Assembly (NCBI GenBank): GCA_965228855.1
Contig: CBDDIJ010000005.1
Coordinates: forward strand, 960,001-1,024,000
Reading direction: 5' to 3'
DNA from: Candidatus Obscuribacterales bacterium
GTDB taxonomy: Bacteria; Cyanobacteriota; Vampirovibrionia; Obscuribacterales; Obscuribacteraceae
DNA length: 64,000 nucleotides
Below the pieces are notes generated by a model. It made no database searches. It was not told the DNA's origin and saw only the letters and a list, made by a program, of their open reading frames with translations. Shown here piece by piece: positions 48,182-58,708 of the stretch (within the stretch, counting starts at the first letter, position 1; each line of letters opens with the position of its first letter). The translations under genes and the position numbers were made by a program.

Positions 48182-48655
48182 ATGAAAACAAACGCCACGC
48201 GAATTTTAGATAGCCTAAACATCAAATACTCTTTGCGCGAGTACGAGGTCGATCCTAACGACTTGACGGCAGAAACCGTCGCGCAAAAAATCGGATTTCC
48301 GACCGAGCAAGTATTTAAAACCCTTGTGGTGATCGGCAGCAAGAATGGTGTTTGTCTGGCTGTAGTGGCTGGAAACGCACAATTAGATTTGAAGGCTCTT
48401 GCGAAAATGACCGGTGACCGTAGCGTCGATACCGCGCCACTAAAGGATGTTCAGAATCTTACCGGCTACATCCGCGGCGGCGTCACCGCCCTGGCCTGCA
48501 AAAAAAACTATCCCGTATACGTCGACGAAAACGTTTACTTATTCGATGAAATCTCAATCTCCGCCGGCGTGCGTGGAACCCAAATCATAATAGCGCCCGA
48601 TGACTACATCTCGGCGACCAAAGCCACTGTCGGTCAAATCGCCAAGGACGCCTGA
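48182..48655 (+). CDS. ybaK: Cys-tRNA(Pro) deacylase YbaK/EbsC
   Basis: KTNATRIL, QVFKTLV, TGYIRGGVT and ISAGVRG motifs. Confidence 0.92.
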   Translation: MKTNATRILDSLNIKYSLREYEVDPNDLTAETVAQKIGFPTEQVFKTLVVIGSKNGVCLAVVAGNAQLDLKALAKMTGDRSVDTAPLKDVQNLTGYIRGGVTALACKKNYPVYVDENVYLFDEISISAGVRGTQIIIAPDDYISATKATVGQIAKDA

Positions 48656-48720
48656 CGGTCTTATGAATCGAGCTCACCAGGCCGGTGACACGAAAAAACG
48701 TAAAACGGCTGGAAAAGTGA

Positions 48721-49194
48721 TTAGCCGCCGCCCAGTAATAAAGTTGGTTTAGCAACGGCACCTGGCTGTTGAATCAGCTCGTTAGCCATTTCATCGATTA
48801 CGGTTTCAAGAGGCGCATCCGATGCGAACTCACGCTCCTTGCCGTTCTGAGTCCAGCGACCGTCCTTATCTTTACCCGTTACGTAAAGCGAGACACATCG
48901 AGGCTTTGCGTGAATCGTGAAGAGAACTGACTGGCGTTCAAAATCATCCCATCGTTTGAGATTCAGAGCCTCGAGAATTGGCGAACCCGGCGTGACATCT
49001 TCGTCAGGAGTCGTGACAACTGGATTTCCGTCTACCAGCCGCCGGTAAACTTCAGCTTTCCATTTATCGACTTCCGGCACGTCGAAAAACTGTACAGGAC
49101 CAGTCTCGACATAAACGCCCGCCTCATTCTCTGCAACCAGCGGAAGTATAACCTTCTGGCCGACGGCATAGAGATAAACTCGGACCATGCTCAT
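48721..49194 (-). CDS. hypothetical protein
   Basis: GAGG SD before the ATG near 49194. The ORF track extends it to 49281. Confidence 0.6.
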   Translation of the reverse strand: MSMVRVYLYAVGQKVILPLVAENEAGVYVETGPVQFFDVPEVDKWKAEVYRRLVDGNPVVTTPDEDVTPGSPILEALNLKRWDDFERQSVLFTIHAKPRCVSLYVTGKDKDGRWTQNGKEREFASDAPLETVIDEMANELIQQPGAVAKPTLLLGGG

Positions 49195-49286
49195 GAGAAT
49201 CGCCTCTAACTTGTGCCCCCACGCATTTAATTTAGCAAAACGCGCCTGATTGAGGATTAAACCGACGACGCTCATCGACAAGCTCT

Positions 49287-49685
49287 TTCCTGTCCGCCGG
49301 GAACTCTTAGGGCTTTGTCTATTGTGAATAGATTTTAGAACCGTCCGCCAGAGTGATTGCGATGCTCTGCTTCAAGGAAAAATGGGTTACCGTCGACATC
49401 GAACAAAGCTCGGAGCGAGCGTTACGAACTCCGGCTTTGGCCACCAAGCGGATTCGGCGACATTCGCTCGAAAGCTCTTCACGTACAAGCCCCGGAATCG
49501 GCATTGAAAGTCACTCGCACCAAAGACGCAAACCCTGGCTCGATTTCTAGAAAATCTACCCAGAGTAGAAAGAACCCTAAGCGGTGTGCTCGAGTGCATT
49601 AAGCCCTGATGGAAATCCTGAGATTTCTAGGAGCGACTCGCTACGGGATGAGACCGGAGCCCGTAACGCGGAGACTAGACAGGAA
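49287..49685 (+). ncRNA. ~400-nt highly structured RNA or foldback element candidate
   Basis: Nested helices: ttcctgtc/gacaggaa, cttaggg/ccctaag, tagatttt/aaaatcta, gccag/ctggc, gagtgatt/agtcactc, cgatgc/gcattg, caaagc-cggag/ctccg-gctttg and tacggg/cccgta. Confidence 0.45.
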
Positions 49686-49689
49686 CCCT

Positions 49690-51237
49690 TTAGCCTTTTC
49701 TCGACACGGCTTCGGCGTCTTTGTCGGGCTGAGCGTCCTTCGCAGTTTTTGGCGGCTCGACTATAGGTTTCATCGTGGGGAATGCGATGACGTCTCTGAT
49801 TGACGCGGAGTCGGTTAAAAACATCACGAGTCGATCGATGCCGATTCCAATACCCATGGTCGGAGGCATTCCGTATTCCATCGCGAGGATGAAATCCAGG
49901 TCAAGCGGCATGGCTTCTTCGTTTCCGGCGGCTTTTTTACGAGCTTGATTTTCCAAACGCTCTCTTTGATCAAGTGGATCTGTCAGCTCGCTGTAGCCGT
50001 TTGCGAGTTCGCGACCGGTGCAGAAGAGCTCGAAGCGCTCGACTTCGCCGGGGTTATTGCGATGCGCCTTTGTGAGCGGCGACACCTCGACCGGGTAGTC
50101 AATTATGAAAGTCGGCTGAATTAGCGAAGCTTCCGCCTTCGACTCGAAAATCGTGTTGATGACCTCGCCGCGGGTTTCTTCCTTGTCCAGGTGTACACCG
50201 AGTTTGGTGGCAGCCTCTTTCATTCCTTCGAATGTCGGAATCGATTCAACATCGAGTCCGCACGCATTCTTGATCGCATCGTTCATGCGAACGCGCTTCC
50301 ATGGACGAGCGAAATCGATCTCGTGCTCGCCGTATTTTACTTTCGTGCCGCCGGCAACAGCAGTCGCGCACTCACAGATCATCTCTTCGGTGAAGTCCAT
50401 GAGGTCGTTGTAGTCGCCATAGGCGCAATACATCTCGAGCATGGTGAACTCGGGATTGTGGCGAGTGCTGATACCCTCGTTGCGGAAGATTCTTCCGATT
50501 TCATAGACGCGCTCGAAACCGCCGACGATCAATCTCTTCAAGTGCAATTCGGTAGCGATGCGCAAGAACAAATCGATATCGAGAGTATTGTGGTGCGTGA
50601 CGAACGGGCGCGCATCGGCGCCGCCAGCCTCGACCTGAAGCGTTGGTGTTTCGATTTCCAGAAAATCTCTGTCGTCAAGAAATTTTCTTATCGTGCGAAT
50701 AACCACACTGCGCTTGCGCAGTGTGTCTCGAACCGAAGGATTGACGAGCATATCGACATAGCGGTGACGATAGCGCGCTTCCACATCATTGAAACCATCC
50801 CAACTATCGGGCATCGGTTGTAACGACTTGCAGAGCAACTCCCAATCGGTGACGCGCACGGAGAGCTCGCCGGCTTTGGTGCGGCGAATGGTTCCGGTGA
50901 CACCGATGTAATCACCCTTATCGAGAAGTTTTCGCTGGTCTAGTTTTTCCTGCGGCAAGCTTTCTTTGTGGCAGAACAATTGAATCTTGCCGGTTTCATC
51001 GTAAAGGTCGACAAACATCCAGCTGTTTCTCTCGTTCATGATTTTGCCGCAAACGCGCACGACATCCTGCGTTTCGACTTCCTTTTCGAGATCTTTGTAC
51101 TGCTCCTGAAGGTCCTGTGCCTTATGGGTTCTCTCGAAACGATAGGGATACGGTTTTATACCGAGCGACTTAAGCTCTTCGAGCTTCCGCAATCTCTCAG
51201 TCCTGAGCCGTCCGCCTTCAATTTCAATACCTGACAC
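49690..51237 (-). CDS. lysS: lysyl-tRNA synthetase (class II)
   Basis: GGADARPF, LRIATELHLKRL, FRNEG, HNPEFT and GIGIDRL motifs. AGGAGG SD before the GTG at 51237. Confidence 0.97.
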   Translation of the reverse strand: MSGIEIEGGRLRTERLRKLEELKSLGIKPYPYRFERTHKAQDLQEQYKDLEKEVETQDVVRVCGKIMNERNSWMFVDLYDETGKIQLFCHKESLPQEKLDQRKLLDKGDYIGVTGTIRRTKAGELSVRVTDWELLCKSLQPMPDSWDGFNDVEARYRHRYVDMLVNPSVRDTLRKRSVVIRTIRKFLDDRDFLEIETPTLQVEAGGADARPFVTHHNTLDIDLFLRIATELHLKRLIVGGFERVYEIGRIFRNEGISTRHNPEFTMLEMYCAYGDYNDLMDFTEEMICECATAVAGGTKVKYGEHEIDFARPWKRVRMNDAIKNACGLDVESIPTFEGMKEAATKLGVHLDKEETRGEVINTIFESKAEASLIQPTFIIDYPVEVSPLTKAHRNNPGEVERFELFCTGRELANGYSELTDPLDQRERLENQARKKAAGNEEAMPLDLDFILAMEYGMPPTMGIGIGIDRLVMFLTDSASIRDVIAFPTMKPIVEPPKTAKDAQPDKDAEAVSRKG

Positions 51238-51536
51238 GATAGACCTCCTGCCATGTGAATCAACCATGAAGTTCGACTATAGCGCAGGACGCCATACAAA
51301 TCGATTAGTTATTGACTCTTATTACGGTCTTGTTGAGTCTTATCATGTGAAAGGTGTTGAAGAGCTTCGTGATAGAGGCAAGTTTTAATCTCCGCTAGGT
51401 CTAAATATAGCGAGCGCGGGTATTTGGTAAATGTCGTCCAAACCTTACTAATTCGATTTTTTCAAGTTTCGCATATCGCCGATAGACGACCGATACGCGC
51501 ACAGATAGAACGCTCGCGTCCTCCGGCGCAAATCAT

Positions 51537-53921
51537 TTGACTTCGTATTCGTGTTCCCTCTCTGAAAGCAAGGTGATTATTATCAGCGAGTCGACTCCCA
51601 ACGAAAACAGCCCGCTCCCGGATTCTTCGCAGAGTTCGTCTTCGGACAATTCAACACAGAGCACGCCTCCGGCTGATGCTCCGCAAAACGCGCCTGCGGA
51701 CTCGTCACAGGACTCCACGAACTCAGGGAATTTGGCTTCTGACAATTCATCGCAGAGCACGTTTCCAGACAAGCTCAATCCGACGCTCACACTTTTTGCA
51801 GCGAGTTTTGCGTCGCTATTTTTCGAGCTCCTCATCATCCGCTGGTTGACTTGCGACTTTATCGCCTTTGGAGTGTTCAAAACATTTCCACTCGTCACCT
51901 GTTTTGTCGGACTGGGAACCGGTGTCGCCAAAGGCGACAGGAAGTTTTTCAAATACGTTGCTCCGGCGCTGTTCATCACTGTTTTGGTTTCTCTGTACAC
52001 AAGTTACAAGGGCTACGGCGGAGTGCCGTTTCCCTCGCTGACTCTCTATCAGTGGAACAATCTCAGTATGGAGAATTTGCAATTACTCTCACTGCAAGTC
52101 TTCCAAATGACACTTCTCATCATACTCTTGCTGATGGGTCCGTTTGCGGTCATGTTCTCAATCGGAACTATCATCGGCGAGACATTCAACAAACTATCAC
52201 CGCTCAAAGCCTACTGCATAGACATCATGGGCGCCATCACCGGCAGTATCACATTCGCTCTGCTGTCGTTTTTCTGCATCTCGCCTAACATGGAAGTGCT
52301 CCTGTTCTCGGCGATCGTCGGTCTGTTGGTTTTCAAAACCCAACCAACCAAACAGCTAAAAATCGACATTCCTGTTTTAATCGCCAGTTGCGTAGTCGCG
52401 ATGCTTCCGGTGTTCAACAGCTCAGACACAATCTGGTCGCCATACTATCGCATCGATGTTAAACCGATCACACTGCCCGCCAATCTAAACGCTACCGGAA
52501 AACAAGAAGACTTCGGCATCTTCGTAAGTACTAACCGCGGCTTCTCACAGGCCTTCACGCCTAAGTTCGATATCGAATTGTCAGCGGAAGGAGAGAAAGA
52601 AGAGGCGGCGAAACTGCTTCAAGGCTTCTTGAAGGTCCGGAAAAACTATTACTCGATTCCATATTTCTTCAAACAACCGAAGGACATTTTGATCCTCGGC
52701 GCCGGCTCTGGCTCTGACGTTGCAGAGGCCTGTAAGCGCGGCGCAACCTGGATCGATGCGGTCGAAATCGACCCGGGAACGCTCGGGCTTGCAAAGAAAT
52801 ACAATCCCAACTTCACGAATCCCGCTGTCCACTACCATCTCGATGATGGACGTCGCTACATAGCGAAAAACGACAAGAAATACGACTTGATTATTCTGGC
52901 ATGCCTCGACTCGCGAGCACTGTCAGGAACAGGTTCTTCGCTGCGAACAGACTGCTACATACACACACAGGAGAGTTACGTTGACTGCGTGAAACTGCTG
53001 AAGCCTGATGGTGTTTTCGCCCTTTCCTTCGGCGCGTCTGTCGATGGAAACTCCGACTGGCTGCGCGATCGGATTTATCGAACTCTCACGTCCGTCACCG
53101 GCTATCCTCCGATCGTCATGTCCGACGAGAAGGCTACACCGAAGTGGCCGGCCTATTATTTCGTCACCGGACAACCCGTGAAAGATGGACTGGTCAAGGC
53201 TCCCGTGCTCGACAATTCGTTTGCACAACTTGAGATTCCAGCCGCGTCAGCGAACGGACTCATCCTCAACGACGATTGGCCGTTTCTCTACGTGCGCGAC
53301 AAGGTGCTGGATTTGCCTTACCTCGTCGTTCTATCTTTGATTGTTGCCATCACGACGTACGTGGCGCGTTCCCTTATCTTCAGCAAGAAGACCGGCTCTG
53401 ATGTGCAGCTGTTTTTCCTCGGATCGGCGTTTATTCTTGTGGAACTACAGGCGATATCACGACTGTCGCTTCTCTACGGCGCGACCTGGGTGACAGCATC
53501 GATTGTAATCAACGGCGTCCTGTTGATGATTCTGGCAGCGAACTATGTGACCATAAAATCGCAAAAACCGTTTAACCAAAACATCTTGTATGCCCTTCTG
53601 TTCGTTTCTCTGCTCGCAAGCTACTTGCTACCGGTCAACGCAATTCGGACAAGCATGGCGAGCATGGATATGGTCGCAGCGGTGTTGATAACAGTCGTCA
53701 CCCTATTGCCGATTTTGATGGCTGGTCTCATATTTGCCACAGCTTTCAAAGTTGTGCAACACCCCTCGCGCTCATTCGCGTTTAATTTGCTGGGTAGCGT
53801 GCTCGGCGGATTACTCGAATATCTGTCGACCTATGTCGGTATCAACAATCTGGTGCTGGTCTCAATCATCCTTTATGTGTTCTCGTTCCTCGCAGCCAGA
53901 AAAGCATCGAAAAAAGTATAG
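51537..53921 (+). CDS. membrane-fused spermidine-synthase-like SAM/dcSAM-dependent transferase
   Basis: N- and C-terminal TM bundles around ILILGAGSGSDV, DAVEIDP, DDGR, YDLI and NDDWPFLY. Start uncertain. Confidence 0.8.
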   Translation: MTSYSCSLSESKVIIISESTPNENSPLPDSSQSSSSDNSTQSTPPADAPQNAPADSSQDSTNSGNLASDNSSQSTFPDKLNPTLTLFAASFASLFFELLIIRWLTCDFIAFGVFKTFPLVTCFVGLGTGVAKGDRKFFKYVAPALFITVLVSLYTSYKGYGGVPFPSLTLYQWNNLSMENLQLLSLQVFQMTLLIILLLMGPFAVMFSIGTIIGETFNKLSPLKAYCIDIMGAITGSITFALLSFFCISPNMEVLLFSAIVGLLVFKTQPTKQLKIDIPVLIASCVVAMLPVFNSSDTIWSPYYRIDVKPITLPANLNATGKQEDFGIFVSTNRGFSQAFTPKFDIELSAEGEKEEAAKLLQGFLKVRKNYYSIPYFFKQPKDILILGAGSGSDVAEACKRGATWIDAVEIDPGTLGLAKKYNPNFTNPAVHYHLDDGRRYIAKNDKKYDLIILACLDSRALSGTGSSLRTDCYIHTQESYVDCVKLLKPDGVFALSFGASVDGNSDWLRDRIYRTLTSVTGYPPIVMSDEKATPKWPAYYFVTGQPVKDGLVKAPVLDNSFAQLEIPAASANGLILNDDWPFLYVRDKVLDLPYLVVLSLIVAITTYVARSLIFSKKTGSDVQLFFLGSAFILVELQAISRLSLLYGATWVTASIVINGVLLMILAANYVTIKSQKPFNQNILYALLFVSLLASYLLPVNAIRTSMASMDMVAAVLITVVTLLPILMAGLIFATAFKVVQHPSRSFAFNLLGSVLGGLLEYLSTYVGINNLVLVSIILYVFSFLAARKASKKV

Positions 53922-53992
53922 CCAATCGACATACGACCACTGCGACAACTATGGTCAAGGTGGGACTGCGCCTCGAAAGGCGCTAGCTGAAC

Positions 53993-54019
53993 CCGTTGCC
54001 CCGAAGGCAACGGCCTTTT
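53993..54019 (+). terminator. intrinsic terminator
   Basis: ccgttgcc-ccgaa-ggcaacgg-cctttt. Confidence 0.65.
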
Positions 54020-54050
54020 GTTACGCCGCGGGCACTTACTTGTTTTTCAC

Positions 54051-54127
54051 GCCTTAGGATGGTTTCTACTGGCAATAGATTTTCATATCGATTATGCCTA
54101 CCATAGAAGCCTGCTAGTACCTAACGC
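54051..54127. repeat. short member of the CTTAGG..TCTA foldback family
   Basis: cttaggatggtttctactggcaatagatttt aligns to 49306-49336. ggtttcta pairs with tagaagcc and ttagg with cctaa. Confidence 0.45.
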
Positions 54128-54329
54128 ACAACCGCAAAGACGGCGCGAGTCTTCTGAAGTGCTGAGCCTCAGCGCGACGGAATGTCCACTTACGCGAAGC
54201 CTAGAACCCGAAAACGTTACTCTATCTCAGTTTTGCTCAAATGACTCACAAAATCTAGAAATGATAGAACCACTATAAGCTGGATATTAAACACACTGCG
54301 ATTCTGAAGACAAAGGAGTATCAATCCGA

Positions 54330-54434
54330 CAAATAAAGGTCTCAGTCGCACAAATAAAGGTCCCAGTCGCACAAATAAAGGTCCCAGTCGCACAAGCAGA
54401 GGTCTCAGTCACAAAAGCAGAGGTCTCAGTCGCA
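54330..54434 (+). repeat. 21-bp tandem repeat x5 upstream of gyrA
   Basis: caaataaaggtcYcagtcgca x3, then two (c/a)aagcagaggtctcagtcRca variants. Confidence 0.92.
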
Positions 54435-54542
54435 CAGACAGACTCTCCAAAAATCAAGTCAAAAAATCGACAAATTTCAGTCCATTTTTTTAAGGAAGAT
54501 GTTCAGGCTGAAACGCGCTTCAGGAGCTAAATAGCTCAAGAA

Positions 54543-54551
54543 TGTTATACT
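54543..54551 (+). promoter_or_regulatory. extended -10 promoter of gyrA
   Basis: TG-T-TATACT. Confidence 0.55.
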
Positions 54552-54633
54552 CTGTTTTTGAAGTGATTTTTTGAGGCAATAGCGAGACGTTTTTAGCGTC
54601 CTTCGCGGTTGCCCGAGCAAGGAGTTTCATAAC

Positions 54634-57213
54634 GTGACGAGTTCAACAGGCAGCGGTGGCGGTGGTGGAGAGCGGATCGTCGAGGTCGAACTGCGGGACG
54701 AGATGCGCAAGTCGTTTATCGACTATGCCATGTCAGTCATCGTCAGTCGCGCGATTCCGGACGTCAGAGACGGTTTGAAGCCCGTACACCGCCGAATTAT
54801 TTTCGGCATGTACGAGTTGGGACTGGAACCGAATACGCGCTATCGTAAGTCGGCATTGACGGTCGGAGACGTAATGGGTAAATACCACCCACACGGCGAC
54901 TCGGCAATCTATGAATCCATGGTCCGCCTGGCGCAGAAAGAGGCGAGCCGTTACGTTTTGATCGATGGTCATGGCAACTTTGGCGACCTCGACAACCCTG
55001 CAGCTGCTATGCGTTACACAGAAGCGAAGCTCGCGCCGCTCTCGATGCAGATGTTGGCGGATATCGATAAAGAAACAATCGATATGCGCAGAAACTTCGA
55101 CGAATCTCGCGACGAACCCTCGGTTCTACCATCGCGCGTTCCGGCACTTCTGCTCAATGGTTCGGCCGGTATCGCCGTCGGTATGGCAACCAACATCCCT
55201 CCGCATAACCTGCGCGAAGTCATGGATGGCGCAATTGCTCTGGTTGATGACCCGAACCTTTCATCGACCGACCTCATGCAGTGGATCAAAGGACCTGACT
55301 TCCCGTCGGGCGGCATGATTATGGGAACCGAAGGCATCGTCGAAGCCTACACGACCGGCCGTGGTTCGATTCCTCAGCGCGGGGTCGCAACTATCGAGCA
55401 AGCAGCCAAGGGCAACAAGATGGTGATCGCGATCACATCGCTGCCATACATGGTTGGTCCGGAAGCCTTCACGAAGCGAGTGGCCGAACTGGTGCGGGGC
55501 GAACGTCTCACCGGCATCAGCGATGTCAATGACGAAACAGACAGAAGCGGTCTGCGCGTAGTCGTAGAACTCAAGCGCGACGCGCACCCTGAGGTCGTTC
55601 TCAACAACCTTTATAAACATACTCAACTGCAACAATCATTCCCCGTAAATACTCTGGCACTCGTGCCGGACCCGGGCAAGCCAGGCACCAACGGTCAACC
55701 GATGACCCTGGAATTGAAAGCATTGCTGCAGCAATTCATCAATCACCGGGTCGACGTCATCACAAGACGCACCAGATACGACCTTCGCAAAGCGCAAGAA
55801 AAGGCGCACATCTTGGAAGGATATCTGAAGGCGCTTGAGAAGATCGACGAAGTCATCAAGATCATTCGCGCGGCATCGACGACAGCCGAAGCGCGTGAAG
55901 GTTTGATGAGCAAATTCGCGTTGTCCGAAGCGCAAGCAAACGCAATTCTGGAGATGCAACTCCGCCGCCTGACAGGATTGGAACGCGACAAAATTCAAGA
56001 GGACTACGACGAACTCCAGAAAAATATCGCGCACTATAAAGCGATTCTCGAAAGCAAAAAGATGGTGGATGACATCATCAAACAGGAGCTCACCGAGATC
56101 CGCGACAAGTATGGCGACGATAGAAAAACTCAGATCGTCGGTGCGGTCGATTCGGAAATCTCCGCTAAAGACCTCACGCCGAACGAGCCGATGGCAGTGT
56201 TCATCACCAACCAGAACTACATCAAACGCATCGCGCTCGGAACCTTCAAGCGTCAACGTCGCAACACCCGCGGCGTAACCGGAATGAAGACTCGCGATGA
56301 GGATGAGATCCAACACTTCTTCGTCGCCAGCATGCACGACAGATTGCTGGTGTTTACGAACAAGGGTCAAGTCTATCCGCTCGAAGTTATGAACTTGCCG
56401 GAAGGCGGTCGTACCGCTCGCGGCCTGGCTCTCGTCAACCTGGTTCAAATCAGTCAAGACGAATCAGTCACCGCTGTTATTCCGGTAAGCGAATTCAAAG
56501 ACAACGAATTCTTGATCATGCTGACTCGCAATGCTTTCGTGAAGAAGGTCCCGATGTCAGAGTTCTCCAACATTCGCAAGAGCGGCATCATCGCCATCAG
56601 CTTGAGCGAAGGCGATGAACTCGGATGGGTCCGCCAGTCGAACGGCAAAACCGATGTCATCATCGGAACCAGCAACGGCATGTGCATCCGATACAGCGAA
56701 GAAGAACTTCGTCCGATGGGACGCACCGCTCGCGGCGTCAGAGCAATCACGCTGCGGGTTAGCGATACGATCGTCGGTTGCGACGCAATTGAACCAAATG
56801 ATTCTTGCTATGTGCTCGTCGTCACCAACGACGGATACGGCAAGCGCGTTAAACTCGAAGAGTTCCGCCAGCAAGGACGCGGCGGCGTAGGCATCATCGG
56901 CACCAAGTTCAAAACAGCCAAGTCACGACTTGCCTGCTTGAGCGTCATCGAGCCGACGGATCAAATTGTAATCGCCACCGCCAATGGTGTCGTGGTCAGA
57001 CAACACGGAAGCGATATCAGTGCGCAAGGACGGATGGCTACCGGTGTCAGACTGCAACAACTTGCAGAGGACGATGAAGTCGTGTCCGTAAGCCCGATCG
57101 TCGATCCTAACGAAAGCGAAATCGAAGGCGGCGATGATGGTGCCGATGGCGGCGCTGAGGGCGGCGACGCACCGGAGGCAGAAGGCGGCAGCGACGAGCC
57201 GGCAGCCGAGTAG
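54634..57213 (+). CDS. gyrA: DNA gyrase subunit A
   Basis: [17 protein letters not shown] and AAMRYTE motifs, a beta-pinwheel CTD and an acidic tail. Confidence 0.93.
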   Translation: MTSSTGSGGGGGERIVEVELRDEMRKSFIDYAMSVIVSRAIPDVRDGLKPVHRRIIFGMYELGLEPNTRYRKSALTVGDVMGKYHPHGDSAIYESMVRLAQKEASRYVLIDGHGNFGDLDNPAAAMRYTEAKLAPLSMQMLADIDKETIDMRRNFDESRDEPSVLPSRVPALLLNGSAGIAVGMATNIPPHNLREVMDGAIALVDDPNLSSTDLMQWIKGPDFPSGGMIMGTEGIVEAYTTGRGSIPQRGVATIEQAAKGNKMVIAITSLPYMVGPEAFTKRVAELVRGERLTGISDVNDETDRSGLRVVVELKRDAHPEVVLNNLYKHTQLQQSFPVNTLALVPDPGKPGTNGQPMTLELKALLQQFINHRVDVITRRTRYDLRKAQEKAHILEGYLKALEKIDEVIKIIRAASTTAEAREGLMSKFALSEAQANAILEMQLRRLTGLERDKIQEDYDELQKNIAHYKAILESKKMVDDIIKQELTEIRDKYGDDRKTQIVGAVDSEISAKDLTPNEPMAVFITNQNYIKRIALGTFKRQRRNTRGVTGMKTRDEDEIQHFFVASMHDRLLVFTNKGQVYPLEVMNLPEGGRTARGLALVNLVQISQDESVTAVIPVSEFKDNEFLIMLTRNAFVKKVPMSEFSNIRKSGIIAISLSEGDELGWVRQSNGKTDVIIGTSNGMCIRYSEEELRPMGRTARGVRAITLRVSDTIVGCDAIEPNDSCYVLVVTNDGYGKRVKLEEFRQQGRGGVGIIGTKFKTAKSRLACLSVIEPTDQIVIATANGVVVRQHGSDISAQGRMATGVRLQQLAEDDEVVSVSPIVDPNESEIEGGDDGADGGAEGGDAPEAEGGSDEPAAE

Positions 57214-57273
57214 GCTGGTTGAACCGCCGCCTGAAAACGGTGGCCGTCTCAACGGTTCCGAAATCAAAAAGTT

Positions 57274-57308
57274 AAGAGCCAATCTCCTCAGAGGTTGGCT
57301 CTTGTTTT
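57274..57308. terminator. terminator after gyrA
   Basis: aagagccaatctc-ctca-gaggttggctctt-gtttt. Confidence 0.8.
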
Positions 57309-57349
57309 AGTCTTTGTATCATCAACCGGTTGATTGATGAGGTATAGCC

Positions 57350-57637
57350 TTAGTGCCGAATTGAGTTCAAGCAGTCTTCGAAGCGGAGTCCGTTCTGCTT
57401 GCACTTCGAAACACACCAGTTAATCGACATCTGTTTTGCCAGGGCGACATTGTCAGGTGATTTCGGAAGGTTGTTGAACACTTTCATCAGAAGTCTTTCG
57501 AGTTCAGGTTGATGTTCTCTCAAATCGATTGGGAGGCTTAGAATCCAGCTGCCGCTGTCAGATACACTCACGAGTTCCGGTCGAGTATCTTCATTGTCCC
57601 GCGCAAACATGGTGGGACTTTTCGTGAGAAGTTGCAT
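57350..57637 (-). CDS. small hypothetical protein
   Basis: GAGG SD before the ATG at 57637; composition is protein-like. Confidence 0.6.
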   Translation of the reverse strand: MQLLTKSPTMFARDNEDTRPELVSVSDSGSWILSLPIDLREHQPELERLLMKVFNNLPKSPDNVALAKQMSINWCVSKCKQNGLRFEDCLNSIRH

Positions 57638-58075
57638 TAGGTTACCTCGATTTCTTTTTTGAAAGATTCGCAAGGATAGTCATCCTTGGATTGGTCAGAA
57701 GTGATGGAAGATGGAAAGCAAACACTCAACTGACGGTTGTATATAGTTTGAGTATATTTCTTACTCTTATAATAACGTTACACAACCCACAGAACAAGTG
57801 GTTATTAGCATCATCTAGTAATTGATCGGAACTGTCATGGGGAAAATTCCCATGGTCACTACGTGACTTCCCTCATAAGAATGCAATAAGTCGAAACGAA
57901 ATCGCGTTCCTTTCATGATGAGGTTCGCCTGAAGAAACCTCAGGTTTCCCTTACTGCTGCTGCGTTTCAGATAGATCACAAGAGCGTTTGGGCATACTGA
58001 ACATAAGTAATCTCGTCCGCGCCGTCCCCTTTTCATGATTTCGCCTAACAAAGTTTGTTAGGCAAGGAGCGCTCA

Positions 58076-58708
58076 ATGCCACAAAAAAGGGAGCCCGATG
58101 TCATCGAAAAAGTTGCCGGCCCTCGCATCTCGCTCGACACTGAAGCACGAGAAACTACCGCTAAGGCCCCAGGCGAAACGCAGACTAAGCAGACCGATTC
58201 AACAGAAATAAGATCAACCGGTTCGCATGCCGCAGGCGGTGCACCAGGTACAACCACTCTGCCGTCAGAAAAGACGCCTCTCGCCTCCCAGCCAATCGAC
58301 AAGTCAAAACCGGCTTCTTCCCGAAAAATTTCCGACGCGAGCATTGGTCACGTTCGCCGGGTAGTGGCGGGCAACCCAAACACCCCTCTGACGGTTCTTT
58401 CGCGGTTAGCTGAAGACGATAACTATTACATCCGGCGCACGGTCGCCGGAAATCCGAAAACTCCGGTTGAGATGCTCAAGAAACTATCTATGGATTACTG
58501 CCCGGAAGTGCGCCTGGGCGTCGCGGAAAATCCCCATACTCCCCGTGAAACACTTGCCTTTCTAGCCGACGACAACGCGATCGACGTTCGCTACGGTGTC
58601 GCCGAAAACCCGCACATGCCTGAGGACATTCTTCTAAAACTTGCCCGAGACGAAAACCCATACGTGCGCTATCGCGCCCTGAAAACATTGCAGATGCTTG
58701 TCTATTGA
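58076..58708 (+). CDS. leucine-rich-repeat-variant (LRV/HEAT-like) protein
   Basis: Repeated VR..VA.NP.TP...L..LA.D units. AAGGAG SD before the ATG at 58076. Confidence 0.85.
   Translation: MPQKREPDVIEKVAGPRISLDTEARETTAKAPGETQTKQTDSTEIRSTGSHAAGGAPGTTTLPSEKTPLASQPIDKSKPASSRKISDASIGHVRRVVAGNPNTPLTVLSRLAEDDNYYIRRTVAGNPKTPVEMLKKLSMDYCPEVRLGVAENPHTPRETLAFLADDNAIDVRYGVAENPHMPEDILLKLARDENPYVRYRALKTLQMLVY

Noticed and set aside
49287..49685. RNase P RNA, tmRNA, SRP RNA or an intact group I/II intron
   Set aside because: No GAGGAAAGTCC, tRNA-like ends or SRP GGAA loop motif. No P7' strand, interrupted host gene or convincing domain V.
54330..54434. CRISPR array
   Set aside because: The units abut with no unique spacers, and there are no cas genes in the window.
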